Shown: positions 31,015 to 39,882, numbered from the stretch's first letter. The stretch: 64,000 nt of DNA from an uncultured bacterium (GCA_903831405.1 CAIKXM010000023.1:1381-65380), one strand, 5' to 3'. Translations and numbers: made by a program. Notes: generated from the letters alone by a model not told the origin.

Positions 31015-31473
31015 ATGTACACGCAACAATCATCATCACAACGTTCAGAGATTTCTGCTGGGGTCATTTGCTATACAGACTTTAAGAACATACGCTACTA
31101 CCTGCTCATTCTCAGTTCTAAAGGCAATTGGGATTTCCCGAAAGGTCACCAAGAAGAAGGTGAAACGCTTGGTCAAACAGCACTGAGAGAAACGCAAGAA
31201 GAAACAGGTCTTATTGTAAACATACAAGAACATTTACATACAACCATTACCTATACCTTTCGCGACAAAACAACGCTCATAAACAAGAAAGTTATTCTCT
31301 TTGCAGCAACACTTGAGTCATACGATTGCCTCTGCCCAGTAACTACCTCATATGAACATAGAGGATACGCCTGGTGTAGTGGTGCAGAAGCGCAAAGCCT
31401 GCTTACCTTTGAATCAGGTAGACAAGCTCTGCGCTTTATTATCAAACAAAATTCTAACGATCAAGATCTGTAA
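31015..31473 (+). CDS. Nudix hydrolase, Ap4A-hydrolase-like
   Basis: Complete Nudix box GHQEEGETLGQTALRETQEETGL. The context WDFPKGH resembles NUDT2/Ap4A hydrolases. Confidence 0.85.
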   Translation: MYTQQSSSQRSEISAGVICYTDFKNIRYYLLILSSKGNWDFPKGHQEEGETLGQTALRETQEETGLIVNIQEHLHTTITYTFRDKTTLINKKVILFAATLESYDCLCPVTTSYEHRGYAWCSGAEAQSLLTFESGRQALRFIIKQNSNDQDL

Positions 31474-31813
31474 GAACTTTTTCGCAACATCGTTCAAGAG
31501 AATCGATCGTTGTAGCATTACCACAACAAGAACGTAAAATTTCTATAATACGTTCCCGCTCTTCTGATGATTCATTCGCAAGTTGTACAATGTGTACAAC
31601 ACTCAATGCCATGGCCGAGAGATCTTGCAATTGAGCATCCTTATCGCCCGAATTTGCAGCGAACGAAAGTGAATGTGCTACAATATTAAAAAATTGTGCC
31701 AACACATCTTGTGGCTTAGGGCCACCGCTTCGATCATCATCAACAGAAGCACGCATCCCACAGTGAAAAAACATCCCAATAGAAAATATCAATACACAAT
31801 ATAATTGTTTCAT
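31454..31813 (-). CDS. hypothetical secreted protein
   Basis: Signal peptide MKQLYCVLIFSIGMFFHCGMRA. Its 3' end overlaps the convergent Nudix gene by 20 nt. Confidence 0.45.
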   Translation of the reverse strand: MKQLYCVLIFSIGMFFHCGMRASVDDDRSGGPKPQDVLAQFFNIVAHSLSFAANSGDKDAQLQDLSAMALSVVHIVQLANESSEERERIIEILRSCCGNATTIDSLERCCEKVLTDLDR

Positions 31814-31965
31814 AAAAAGATCGCCTTCTTTTTTAATACTATACAATTGTCATCGCCATGCTTCTCTCTGTGTTTAGGGCAATATTCAGAATTACCCTAA
31901 ACCCCGTATCAATATGTTGTATTACAAAATCGCTTACTCATTTCATATGCTCAATCAAAATAGTG

Positions 31966-33777
31966 TTATTTATACATGCAACAGGTAAGAATGTATTCTA
32001 ATTTTTCTTTATTTTGTACTACCTCTTTTTTCTGTATATTTTTTACTCGTTTAGTTTTTTTGGTTTTTACCGTAGAAACTTGTGCTGCAATATTTTTTTC
32101 AACCTTTCGAACAAAAAACTCTTGTTCTCCCTCTGCATATTTCACCGTAACCCATCCACCACGATCTACTGATTGAGCAGTACTTTTTAACATATCAAAA
32201 ACCGTTTTTCCCGTAGCATCTTTTTTATGCAATGAAGTCATCCATATATCATTTTTTGCAGGACCATTGGCAAGGCATATACCATCAAAAGTAAATACCG
32301 ATACAAAAGAATCGCCCGCTATGTATTCTGAATCCATTTGCGTCAATTGATCACAGGTTTCTTCTATCGAATGATCTTTTGCATACGCTTCAGCACGCCA
32401 TACAAGGGTTTGAATAGAATGTTTTTTTGATGCAGGCCAATATCCTGAACCAATAATAAAATTACCACCAGGAAAATCGACATGTTGTACATATAAATTT
32501 TCATATGCTTTTTTATTCATCATTCCAAGCCAACCAGAATCCTGACTCAGAGCAAAATCTATTATATTTTTTGTAACAAACTGACCAGATGAATCTTTAG
32601 ATTTAATAAGATTTTGTCCTACAAAAATTGGATTTGCTCCATCGGCAAGCATAACGCCCTCTTGATCATATGCAAAAATAGTCAATGGACCATTTACAAA
32701 ACCTTTAACCCGTGATGAAAAATCAGCAAAAGCACGCTCTTTCCCCACTTCTTTTACATGCGCTATGGCTTTATTAACAAAAGCACGTACAACATCGCTA
32801 TCTATTGCAGGATAATAACCTGCGCCTATTATATACTGCACCTTAGTATTTGGATCTTCAACACCAAGAACGAATGCTCTCTTAATCGTAGCGCCATCTC
32901 GATATTCCATCCAGCCAAAACCTTTTTCTCGAACCAACTTAATCATATCGCGATTACGATATTTTCCATCAGAATCTTTCCAATCAATTGCATCTTGTGA
33001 AACAAGCACAGCATTTGCTCCATGAGCCCTACAAGTGCCGTTAAAATCATATGCATATAAATACACATCGCCGTACACAAATATACCATTTGGATCAGAT
33101 ATAAGAGTAAACAGCTGTGCAGCACTCATAGTTTTCATCGCATCCGCAGCGGCGCGAACAAGCACCTCAACAGCAAACTCAGTACTTTCTGGATAAAAAC
33201 CTGCGCCAATAATATATTTCTGACCATTTTTATGAACGATACGAAGATATGCGTACTTCATTGTATTGTTCCATGTAAAATTGGTCCACCCACCCTGTTC
33301 GCCAACATTTATTATTTTTTCAAGCAATGGTACACCGGCAAAAACACCTTTCTCAAAAAATTTTTTCCATATTGCCCAGGATTCATCGCCACTAACGTAA
33401 CATGTTCCTTTTTCTGAAAAAACAAAGACACTGATTTCACCTTTGTGCCATTCTTTGCCAAAACGAAACGCTTTGCAAGATGCCGCAAGGCTTTCGCGCG
33501 CAAATAATTCTGTTGCTTTGTCTACCAATTCCTCAGTAATTTTTTTCTTTTTTTGTAGAGCAACGCCATCTGCTGAAAAACTGCTATCATCTTCGACAAG
33601 GGCACTCTCAGTTCGGTATACTTTTTGCTCCGTTTTTTCATTTTCCTGATCAGTATTATCCAAAAGCTCTGTCTCAGCTTCAGCTGCATCAGAAACATCT
33701 GACCCAGCAACTGTTTGTGCAGAAATAAAGCCAAAAACAAACAATAAAAACACGCTCGAAAATATTTTCCAATTCAT
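31966..33777 (-). CDS. secreted protein with four tandem Cache-like (sCache_2-like) domains, no output domain
   Basis: ATG 33777 follows GAGGAG. The signal peptide is MNWKIFSSVFLLFVFGFISAQT. A four-fold ~130-aa repeat ends in GGWTNFTW..KYIIGAGFYP, FGWMEYRD..QYIIGAGYYP, SGWLGMMN..NFIIGSGYWP and GGWVTVKY. Confidence 0.65.
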   Translation of the reverse strand: MNWKIFSSVFLLFVFGFISAQTVAGSDVSDAAEAETELLDNTDQENEKTEQKVYRTESALVEDDSSFSADGVALQKKKKITEELVDKATELFARESLAASCKAFRFGKEWHKGEISVFVFSEKGTCYVSGDESWAIWKKFFEKGVFAGVPLLEKIINVGEQGGWTNFTWNNTMKYAYLRIVHKNGQKYIIGAGFYPESTEFAVEVLVRAAADAMKTMSAAQLFTLISDPNGIFVYGDVYLYAYDFNGTCRAHGANAVLVSQDAIDWKDSDGKYRNRDMIKLVREKGFGWMEYRDGATIKRAFVLGVEDPNTKVQYIIGAGYYPAIDSDVVRAFVNKAIAHVKEVGKERAFADFSSRVKGFVNGPLTIFAYDQEGVMLADGANPIFVGQNLIKSKDSSGQFVTKNIIDFALSQDSGWLGMMNKKAYENLYVQHVDFPGGNFIIGSGYWPASKKHSIQTLVWRAEAYAKDHSIEETCDQLTQMDSEYIAGDSFVSVFTFDGICLANGPAKNDIWMTSLHKKDATGKTVFDMLKSTAQSVDRGGWVTVKYAEGEQEFFVRKVEKNIAAQVSTVKTKKTKRVKNIQKKEVVQNKEKLEYILTCCMYK

Positions 33778-34108
33778 AAAAACACTCCTCTTTAATGTTA
33801 AGAAACACCATATTCTTTTTTCTTTCAAAAAAACTATACCTGATTACTCATCAACTAAAACAGATTTTTTTAAAAACAATAGACACCAGTGAACCTGTTT
33901 TTTAAATAAGAATTATGGAGAAACCTGTTGTAAGTTAAAAAACCTATACGATAAACTTAATAAAAAAAGTAGAAACTTTTCTAACCAGCAGCTGCCATGT
34001 TGCAAAAAAAAATATTTATGTCATACTATTTATTAGATTGATTACAAGTTGAATATAAATGAAGTCGTATAGCATGCTAATATACTTAAAAAAGAAAGAC
34101 CTATAAAT

Positions 34109-34735
34109 ATGAATAACACAAAGCACAATAAAATTTTTATTCTTGTATTGGGCGCACTGCTCATCCTTGCTCCTTGCATAAACGCATCAAACTTTGGCGA
34201 TACCATTAGCATGGTTAGATACCATATGAAAGATATTGTTAGCAGCGATGGTGGTCCTGCCAACAAATATGCATCACTACTTTTTAACACACGCACCCTC
34301 GCATATCTTGCTATTGGAATTAAATATCTTGCGATCGCAGCTCCATTTTTAGCAGCTGGATATTGTGTGTACCAATACCGTACAAATAGCCCCGCAGCAA
34401 TCGCAAGATTTGCACTGCGTAATGCACAAGACACACAAAAAAACATAGCCAAAATTAACGCAGCAATAGCGCAAATCCGAAGAAACCCAGCTACACCTGG
34501 AAAAAACCTGACTATAGCTTTATTGGAAAAACAATTAGCAACGTTAAGAGCTCAAATGCCTGCTGTACTTGCAGAGGATGCAGAAGAAGTAGCAGTAGAC
34601 CATACAGGGTTACTTCAAAAAATAAAAAATTTATACATGCTCATTAGAAGAGTTCCAGCTGGCATCGCTCCTGTTCCTGCACCAATTAGACCAGTGTTTC
34701 ACGTAGATGATCTTTCTGATTATGAAGTGTATTAA
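34109..34735 (+). CDS. hypothetical secreted/membrane protein
   Basis: Signal peptide MNNTKHNKIFILVLGALLILAPCINA and an internal TM helix. A strong terminator follows. Confidence 0.55.
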   Translation: MNNTKHNKIFILVLGALLILAPCINASNFGDTISMVRYHMKDIVSSDGGPANKYASLLFNTRTLAYLAIGIKYLAIAAPFLAAGYCVYQYRTNSPAAIARFALRNAQDTQKNIAKINAAIAQIRRNPATPGKNLTIALLEKQLATLRAQMPAVLAEDAEEVAVDHTGLLQKIKNLYMLIRRVPAGIAPVPAPIRPVFHVDDLSDYEVY

Positions 34736-34760
34736 TTTTTTTTGATTTATCTTAAACAAT

Positions 34761-34810
34761 AAAGCAAGAAACCTCTTGGATACAAATATATCCAAGAGGT
34801 TTCTTGCTTT
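34761..34810 (+). terminator. 22-bp perfect hairpin
   Basis: aaagcaagaaacctcttggata pairs with tatccaagaggtttcttgcttt across a 6-nt loop. Confidence 0.8.
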
Positions 34811-34965
34811 GATAATCAATTCTTTTTCTTGCAAAAGAAATACCTATAGCAGACGTTACTAAGACATGCTCAGATATATAAAAGTAGCATAATTTATTAC
34901 CATGACAGCTCTTGTTATCACTTGCGTAAGTAGATTAGCATGTGCAAGATTGCCTTGGGTAAAAT

Positions 34966-35036
34966 GTTAGGGCAAAGTGATATGTTCGGGGCAGTTGAAC
35001 AAAGTAAAAAGTTCCGGTTTTGGGTAAAATAAGAGT
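34966..35036 (+). repeat. intergenic element family 4, right copy
   Basis: gttagggcaaagtgatatgttcgg...aaaaagttccggttttgggtaaaataagagt aligns with the reverse complement of 24781..24850. Confidence 0.7.
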
Positions 35037-35069
35037 AGATTTTTAATAAAAATAAATGGAGGTTCAAAA

Positions 35070-35474
35070 ATGAAGAATATCGTCAAAAAACAACTTCTCG
35101 CTACTATCATCATGCTACTGGCAGTACCATATTCGCAAGCTGGCACGCCAAATATTCACTCAATTAACATTCGCAACACATCTGATAACTTCAAAAGCAT
35201 TACATACACACACAAAATATTTAAAGGTAGTCCTTCACTACTAACAAACCCTCGGTTTATTGCCTGCATTGCCGCAGCAACATCCATCGCTATACTTTCG
35301 ATTGGCGCACTCATATGGTACAAAAAACATGCAACACAATCGGCAAGAGAACAATCTCTACAAAACTCTTCATACAATAAACCAACAATGCGAGAAAAAT
35401 TTTTAGGTTGTGCTTCTATTCATCGAAGAAGTGGCCGGGCAATTCTAAAAAATGGGCATATTATTCGTAGTTAG
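35070..35474 (+). CDS. hypothetical membrane protein
   Basis: RBS GGAGG, a signal peptide and one TM helix. I recognise no family. Confidence 0.5.
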   Translation: MKNIVKKQLLATIIMLLAVPYSQAGTPNIHSINIRNTSDNFKSITYTHKIFKGSPSLLTNPRFIACIAAATSIAILSIGALIWYKKHATQSAREQSLQNSSYNKPTMREKFLGCASIHRRSGRAILKNGHIIRS

Positions 35475-35511
35475 TTTTATTATTTAGAGTTACAACTATA
35501 GCAAGTTTGTC

Positions 35512-35595
35512 TTAGTTTTATACACATACCACAATGGTAAAATATACTACTCAACAGTTCCAATACTATTTTTATATGTGTACGACTTAGCGAAG
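35512..35595 (+). repeat. intergenic element family 3, copy 1
   Basis: ttagttttatacacataccacaatggtaaaatatactactcaacagttccaatactatttttatatgtgtacgacttagcgaag aligns with 44145..44230. Confidence 0.7.
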
Positions 35596-35608
35596 ATTGC
35601 GACTAACA

Positions 35609-35659
35609 TTAATTAAACAGGACTTGAGTGCAAAACACACTCAAGCCCTGTTTAATTAA
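35609..35659. terminator. 22-bp hairpin (one mismatch) between convergent genes
   Basis: ttaattaaacaggacttgagtg pairs with cactcaagccctgtttaattaa. Confidence 0.75.
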
Positions 35660-35681
35660 CAACTACTTTGCCAAAACAATT

Positions 35682-36395
35682 CTACTTATCGCGTCTATTG
35701 CCCAGTAAGTGCAAAAGAGCCAAGAACAAATTAACAAAGTCTAAGAAAAGCGTAAAAGCGCCACGTAATGCAATGCTCTTGGTTATTGTTGCATGATCAA
35801 CTACGTCACCCTCTTCAATATAGGCAACACCTTCGCCTATTTGCTTGAGCTTTTGCATATCATATGCAGTAAGCAGTGAAAAAATCACCACAGAGACTAT
35901 CGAGATTACATAATCAAAAGCGCTGCTGCGCAAAAACATATTGATCATCATGGCAATAATAACCCCAAAGAGTACCATCATAACAATAGCTCCCATGGAG
36001 GTTAAATCACGCTTTGTTATCATGCCATACATACCCATAGCTAAGAATAGCGCTGCAGAGGTACAAAATGCTGATGCTATTGATGCCATTGTGTACACAA
36101 AAAAGATAGATGCAAGCGTTATTCCCGTAAGCGAGGCATAGCAGAGAAAAAGAGCAAGAGCAGTAGAGTATGATAATCGCATAATCCAACCACCAAGAAC
36201 AACAGCTATGCCAATTTGAGCAATAAACAAAGCGATAATTATCCATGCGTTAGAGAAAAAGAAATGCGTTAGAAATGGTGAGGTTGCAACGCCATACGCA
36301 CAAAATCCCGAGAGCGCTAATGCGCCTCCCATCCAAAAAAATACTCGTTGCATAAAGCTTTGTGTTAAATCGGCTGAAACTTGTCGTGTATTCAT
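35682..36395 (-). CDS. Bax inhibitor-1/YccA family membrane protein
   Basis: N-terminus FMQRVFFWMGGALALSG, seven TM helices, and a C-terminal FTLFLDFVNLFLALLHLLGNRRD typical of BI-1/YccA. Confidence 0.85.
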   Translation of the reverse strand: MNTRQVSADLTQSFMQRVFFWMGGALALSGFCAYGVATSPFLTHFFFSNAWIIIALFIAQIGIAVVLGGWIMRLSYSTALALFLCYASLTGITLASIFFVYTMASIASAFCTSAALFLAMGMYGMITKRDLTSMGAIVMMVLFGVIIAMMINMFLRSSAFDYVISIVSVVIFSLLTAYDMQKLKQIGEGVAYIEEGDVVDHATITKSIALRGAFTLFLDFVNLFLALLHLLGNRRDK

Positions 36396-36714
36396 AATAA
36401 AAATAAAACCTTTCTTTATAAAAAATAATCGTATTGATCTTTTTTCCCATTCACCTCACGCGTCTTCTCCGCCTTTGCAGATGGGTACATATATCGAATA
36501 ATCACCCCACACTGTTACTCTCGTTTAATATCCTCTATATTGCAACAGTTAATACTATTCTTAACAAATTAAAAAGAGCCGTTAAAAAGTACTTGCACCC
36601 ACACTCTTCACTATGCTACGGTGCTTATGTATAACCCTCCTTTTGAGAGGGGTGATTTTTTAAACATATATCTTTTTTTGAAAAAAATATATTACACAAA
36701 GGAGCTTGCCGTAC

Positions 36715-37395
36715 ATGAATAATCGTATACATACCCTAGCAATCACTTTTGGCCTATGCGCATGCGCCGGCCTATGTCTCCATTTTAGCACAAAACAAAA
36801 TGATACTGCAGTAGAAAAGCCTGCCATTAATTTTATTGGTACCCTGGTCAGCGCTCAGGGAGAATCAATGCAAGTAGAAAACTGCACAATAAATGGTGTT
36901 TATAGGCAAGTGCCGGTATATGCCAAACCAAATGACCCAGAAATTGACCCTTCCATTGACACAACATTTATAGATTTTGATGAAATTGCAATAATCAAAA
37001 GTCCTTTTAAAGAAAATGAAAAAAAACAAAGTCTATACTTCAAAAAAAGGCCCTATAACGAGATTGTTATTATAGCAAATACAAAAAATCAAACCGAGCA
37101 ACACTATGTCATAGAGGCTTCACGAAAGCTGCTCTGCGATGTAATGGATGGTGGCAAACGATTTGAAAAAGAACTCTCTTTTCTTGCCATTAACAGTCTT
37201 ACCTTTACCTCATTTAAGAAAAAAGATGACGCATATACCGAAAAAATTACCCAAAAAGAAAAATCAGCAGCATATATGGCAGTATGCAATCAAACAAAAT
37301 TATCACTTGCGGCGCTTGAAAAAGAACCACTCAACAACACCGCTTCATTGCAACTGAAAACCATTAAAGAAGGTGTAGATAACCTTTGTAGATAG
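36715..37395 (+). CDS. hypothetical lipoprotein
   Basis: ATG 36715 follows AAGGAG. The leader MNNRIHTLAITFGLCAC is lipobox-like. Confidence 0.55.
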   Translation: MNNRIHTLAITFGLCACAGLCLHFSTKQNDTAVEKPAINFIGTLVSAQGESMQVENCTINGVYRQVPVYAKPNDPEIDPSIDTTFIDFDEIAIIKSPFKENEKKQSLYFKKRPYNEIVIIANTKNQTEQHYVIEASRKLLCDVMDGGKRFEKELSFLAINSLTFTSFKKKDDAYTEKITQKEKSAAYMAVCNQTKLSLAALEKEPLNNTASLQLKTIKEGVDNLCR

Positions 37396-37458
37396 ATAAA
37401 GACATGCCATTTTTTTCATAATAGACGAATAAAAAAACATAGTATATTCTTATTGTAT

Positions 37459-37517
37459 CAACTATTCCTATGGGCAATTGTTACATAGGAATAGTTGTGT
37501 ACTATTCCTATTTTTTT
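37459..37517 (+). promoter_or_regulatory. mutually exclusive hairpins: 14-bp stem versus 11-bp stem plus T7 intrinsic terminator
   Basis: actattcctat occurs at 37461 and 37501, and its complement ataggaatagt at 37485. The complement can pair with either copy. Pairing with the downstream copy gives a stem, a tgtgt loop and ttttttt. Confidence 0.6.
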
Positions 37518-37531
37518 ACGTCTATACAAAT

Positions 37532-38503
37532 ATGAACAATTTTTCAAAAAGCATGCCTTTTATAAAAGGAAATCGCTTTTATAACTATCCAGACGAACCG
37601 TCACATTTTTCATTTGGTGATTTATTTAAAACTGCCTCTTCGTCACTGCTGCGAAAAATTATGCAGCCAAAACAAATTGAAAAAAAGCTCAACAAGCACA
37701 TACTTACCTCGCAACAACCACTCATAACATGGCTTGGTCATGCAACATTTCTCATTCAAACACAATGTGCAACCGTAATAACCGATCCGGTGCTTGATTC
37801 ACCATCAATGCTGCTGCAACGACTTATTGATCCATACCATATCGAAGCACTGCCCCCTATAGATTTTATAATCATCTCTCACAACCACCGCGATCATCTT
37901 GATTTGAAGAGCATTGAGCTTCTCAAAAAACACAACCCCCATATCAAAATATTGCTACCTTTTGGCGATGCCCGCTACTTTGACAGCAGCACAACAAAAA
38001 CAGTTGAACATGCATGGTGGCAAACAACACAATACAACACTATTGGTTTTACTTTTCTCCCCGCACGTCATTGGTCGCAGAGAACCCCTTTTGACTATAA
38101 TAAATCATTATGGGGTAGCTGGATGATTCAGGACGACAATCATACTATTTATTTTGCCGGCGACAGTGCATATGATGACCATTTTGTAACCATTGCTCAT
38201 CATTATCCAACAATTGATTGTGCTCTTTTGCCAATAGGTCCCTGTGAACCACGAGCCCTTCTCAAAGACGTTCATATGAATGCCGAAGAAGCCGGTCAAG
38301 CTTTTATCGATCTGCGCGCCAATAGCTGCATTCCTATGCATTGGGGAACTTTTTTACTAGGTGATACACATATAGACGCACCTATAAAGCGTTTTATAAC
38401 CTGGTGGAATGAAACGTATACATCCGTTATTGATACCAAAAAATTATATTTACCATCAAGCGGCTCCTCTATAACACTGGTAGCAAGTATTGCTCAAAAA
38501 TAA
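37532..38503 (+). CDS. MBL-fold metallo-hydrolase, NAPE-PLD-like (COG2220-like)
   Basis: ITWLGHATFLIQ, HxHxDH motif ISHNHRDHLD, YFAGDSAY and IPMHWGTF. The start is uncertain (ATG 37532 versus TTG 37478 inside the hairpin). Confidence 0.78.
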   Translation: MNNFSKSMPFIKGNRFYNYPDEPSHFSFGDLFKTASSSLLRKIMQPKQIEKKLNKHILTSQQPLITWLGHATFLIQTQCATVITDPVLDSPSMLLQRLIDPYHIEALPPIDFIIISHNHRDHLDLKSIELLKKHNPHIKILLPFGDARYFDSSTTKTVEHAWWQTTQYNTIGFTFLPARHWSQRTPFDYNKSLWGSWMIQDDNHTIYFAGDSAYDDHFVTIAHHYPTIDCALLPIGPCEPRALLKDVHMNAEEAGQAFIDLRANSCIPMHWGTFLLGDTHIDAPIKRFITWWNETYTSVIDTKKLYLPSSGSSITLVASIAQK

Positions 38504-39882
38504 TACGCCACATAGAGCGAAGCTCGCACATTAGCCGTTGTACTTTGTGGATCTATGCCACACGATGTATAGGGTCCAAAGGTTGCTTCGTTTATCTCAA
38601 GTTCACCACAAACCTCTAGTTGATTTCGTCGCCAACAAATACGCGGCGAAGCACGAAAAGCAGCACAGGGGAAAAACTCTTTTATAGTGCCATTGATATC
38701 ATACACTTTCCGATGAAGTTCATAGACCGTTATATTGACATCACTATCTTTATCTTCATACAAACGAGTCCTTGGACGTAAATGTTTAAGAGCGCCAAAG
38801 AATATACCCAGAGTGTATTCTTTGCAAAAATGTACATCAGCATCAAGCCAGCCGCTCACTGTTGCAAGAGGTGTGTATTCTTCTCGATTATATGCATCAC
38901 GACTGGTCACCGCATAACCACCAAGCATTCCGTGTTCAACACAATTTTGACCATAGAGCAGCTTTGCACGCACTCCGCCATTCTCAGCGTTCCATGCAGC
39001 ATACACTTCGGCAACTATACCCATTACCCCTGCACGAGTTGGTACCTGATATATATGTTCACCTAATTGATCATCATGCAACGTAAATAATGTTTTTATA
39101 CGGGGAATCACTCGTTTAATTTCTCCTCCACACCCCAGTATAAAATTACCATTTTTATACTGGGTAAGCATCGTCAGAGCAGGCATCGAGCTCCATCGAA
39201 TAAACCAGGGTGCCCACGAAAAATTATCAACAATAACTCTTGGATCATCGCCGGGAGGACCCCAAAATTCAAACTCACGATGCGAAGACATCATACATGT
39301 AAATTGCCAATGCGGCATAACAAAAGAATAGCGGAGCTGGGGACAAACAGCTTCGCACTCAAACGGCAAGCCGTCGTCATAACACACTACCTGCGGAAAA
39401 CAATCTGGTATAAATAATGCATGCACATTTTGTCCAAATAAAATTTTGTGACAATCGTCAGTTAGGGTACAATATGCCATACGAAGACGAAATCCTTGCA
39501 CTAAATCAGCAAGCCCATCAGCAACGGACGGGCCAAAAAAATCACCATCAATGAGTGCAGCTGTCTCAAATCGACCAATGTCTTTCCCGCCAATTTTAAC
39601 GCCCAACTTTGATTCAACAAAAGAAATACCAAGCGAAGATTTTTTAGCTACATCAACCTGCCGGGCAGGATTACCTTCAATATCATATGGAGTTGAAAAA
39701 TTTTCGGGAGCAGGCAAATACGAAAAATAACCACGACGACCATACCAGTTGTCACGCGTGTCATAGAAGGCTGTCCCCCGTACCGCACCATACACCGTAA
39801 TATATGGTTCTGCAGGCAATAAAAAAGTCATATGAAAAACAATACATAACACCAAAAAAGCATTCAAACAAACTTTCATCAA
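38494..39882 (-). CDS. putative outer-membrane beta-barrel protein
   Basis: Signal peptide, an alternating aromatic/polar pattern, and a C-terminal ...LYVAYYF ending in Phe as in OMP sorting signals. Confidence 0.5.
   Translation of the reverse strand: MMKVCLNAFLVLCIVFHMTFLLPAEPYITVYGAVRGTAFYDTRDNWYGRRGYFSYLPAPENFSTPYDIEGNPARQVDVAKKSSLGISFVESKLGVKIGGKDIGRFETAALIDGDFFGPSVADGLADLVQGFRLRMAYCTLTDDCHKILFGQNVHALFIPDCFPQVVCYDDGLPFECEAVCPQLRYSFVMPHWQFTCMMSSHREFEFWGPPGDDPRVIVDNFSWAPWFIRWSSMPALTMLTQYKNGNFILGCGGEIKRVIPRIKTLFTLHDDQLGEHIYQVPTRAGVMGIVAEVYAAWNAENGGVRAKLLYGQNCVEHGMLGGYAVTSRDAYNREEYTPLATVSGWLDADVHFCKEYTLGIFFGALKHLRPRTRLYEDKDSDVNITVYELHRKVYDINGTIKEFFPCAAFRASPRICWRRNQLEVCGELEINEATFGPYTSCGIDPQSTTANVRASLYVAYYF

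Noticed and set aside
34042-34452. 136-aa minus-strand ORF overlapping 34109..34735
   Set aside because: The plus-strand ORF has a clear signal peptide and is followed by a strong terminator. The minus-strand ORF has no RBS and overlaps it almost completely.
24343-35069. Genomic island, prophage or composite transposon call for the inverted-repeat-bounded segment
   Set aside because: No integrase, transposase, phage gene or tRNA-attachment site is visible, and the ends are only ~70-bp imperfect repeats. I report it as an observation and do not annotate it as a mobile element.
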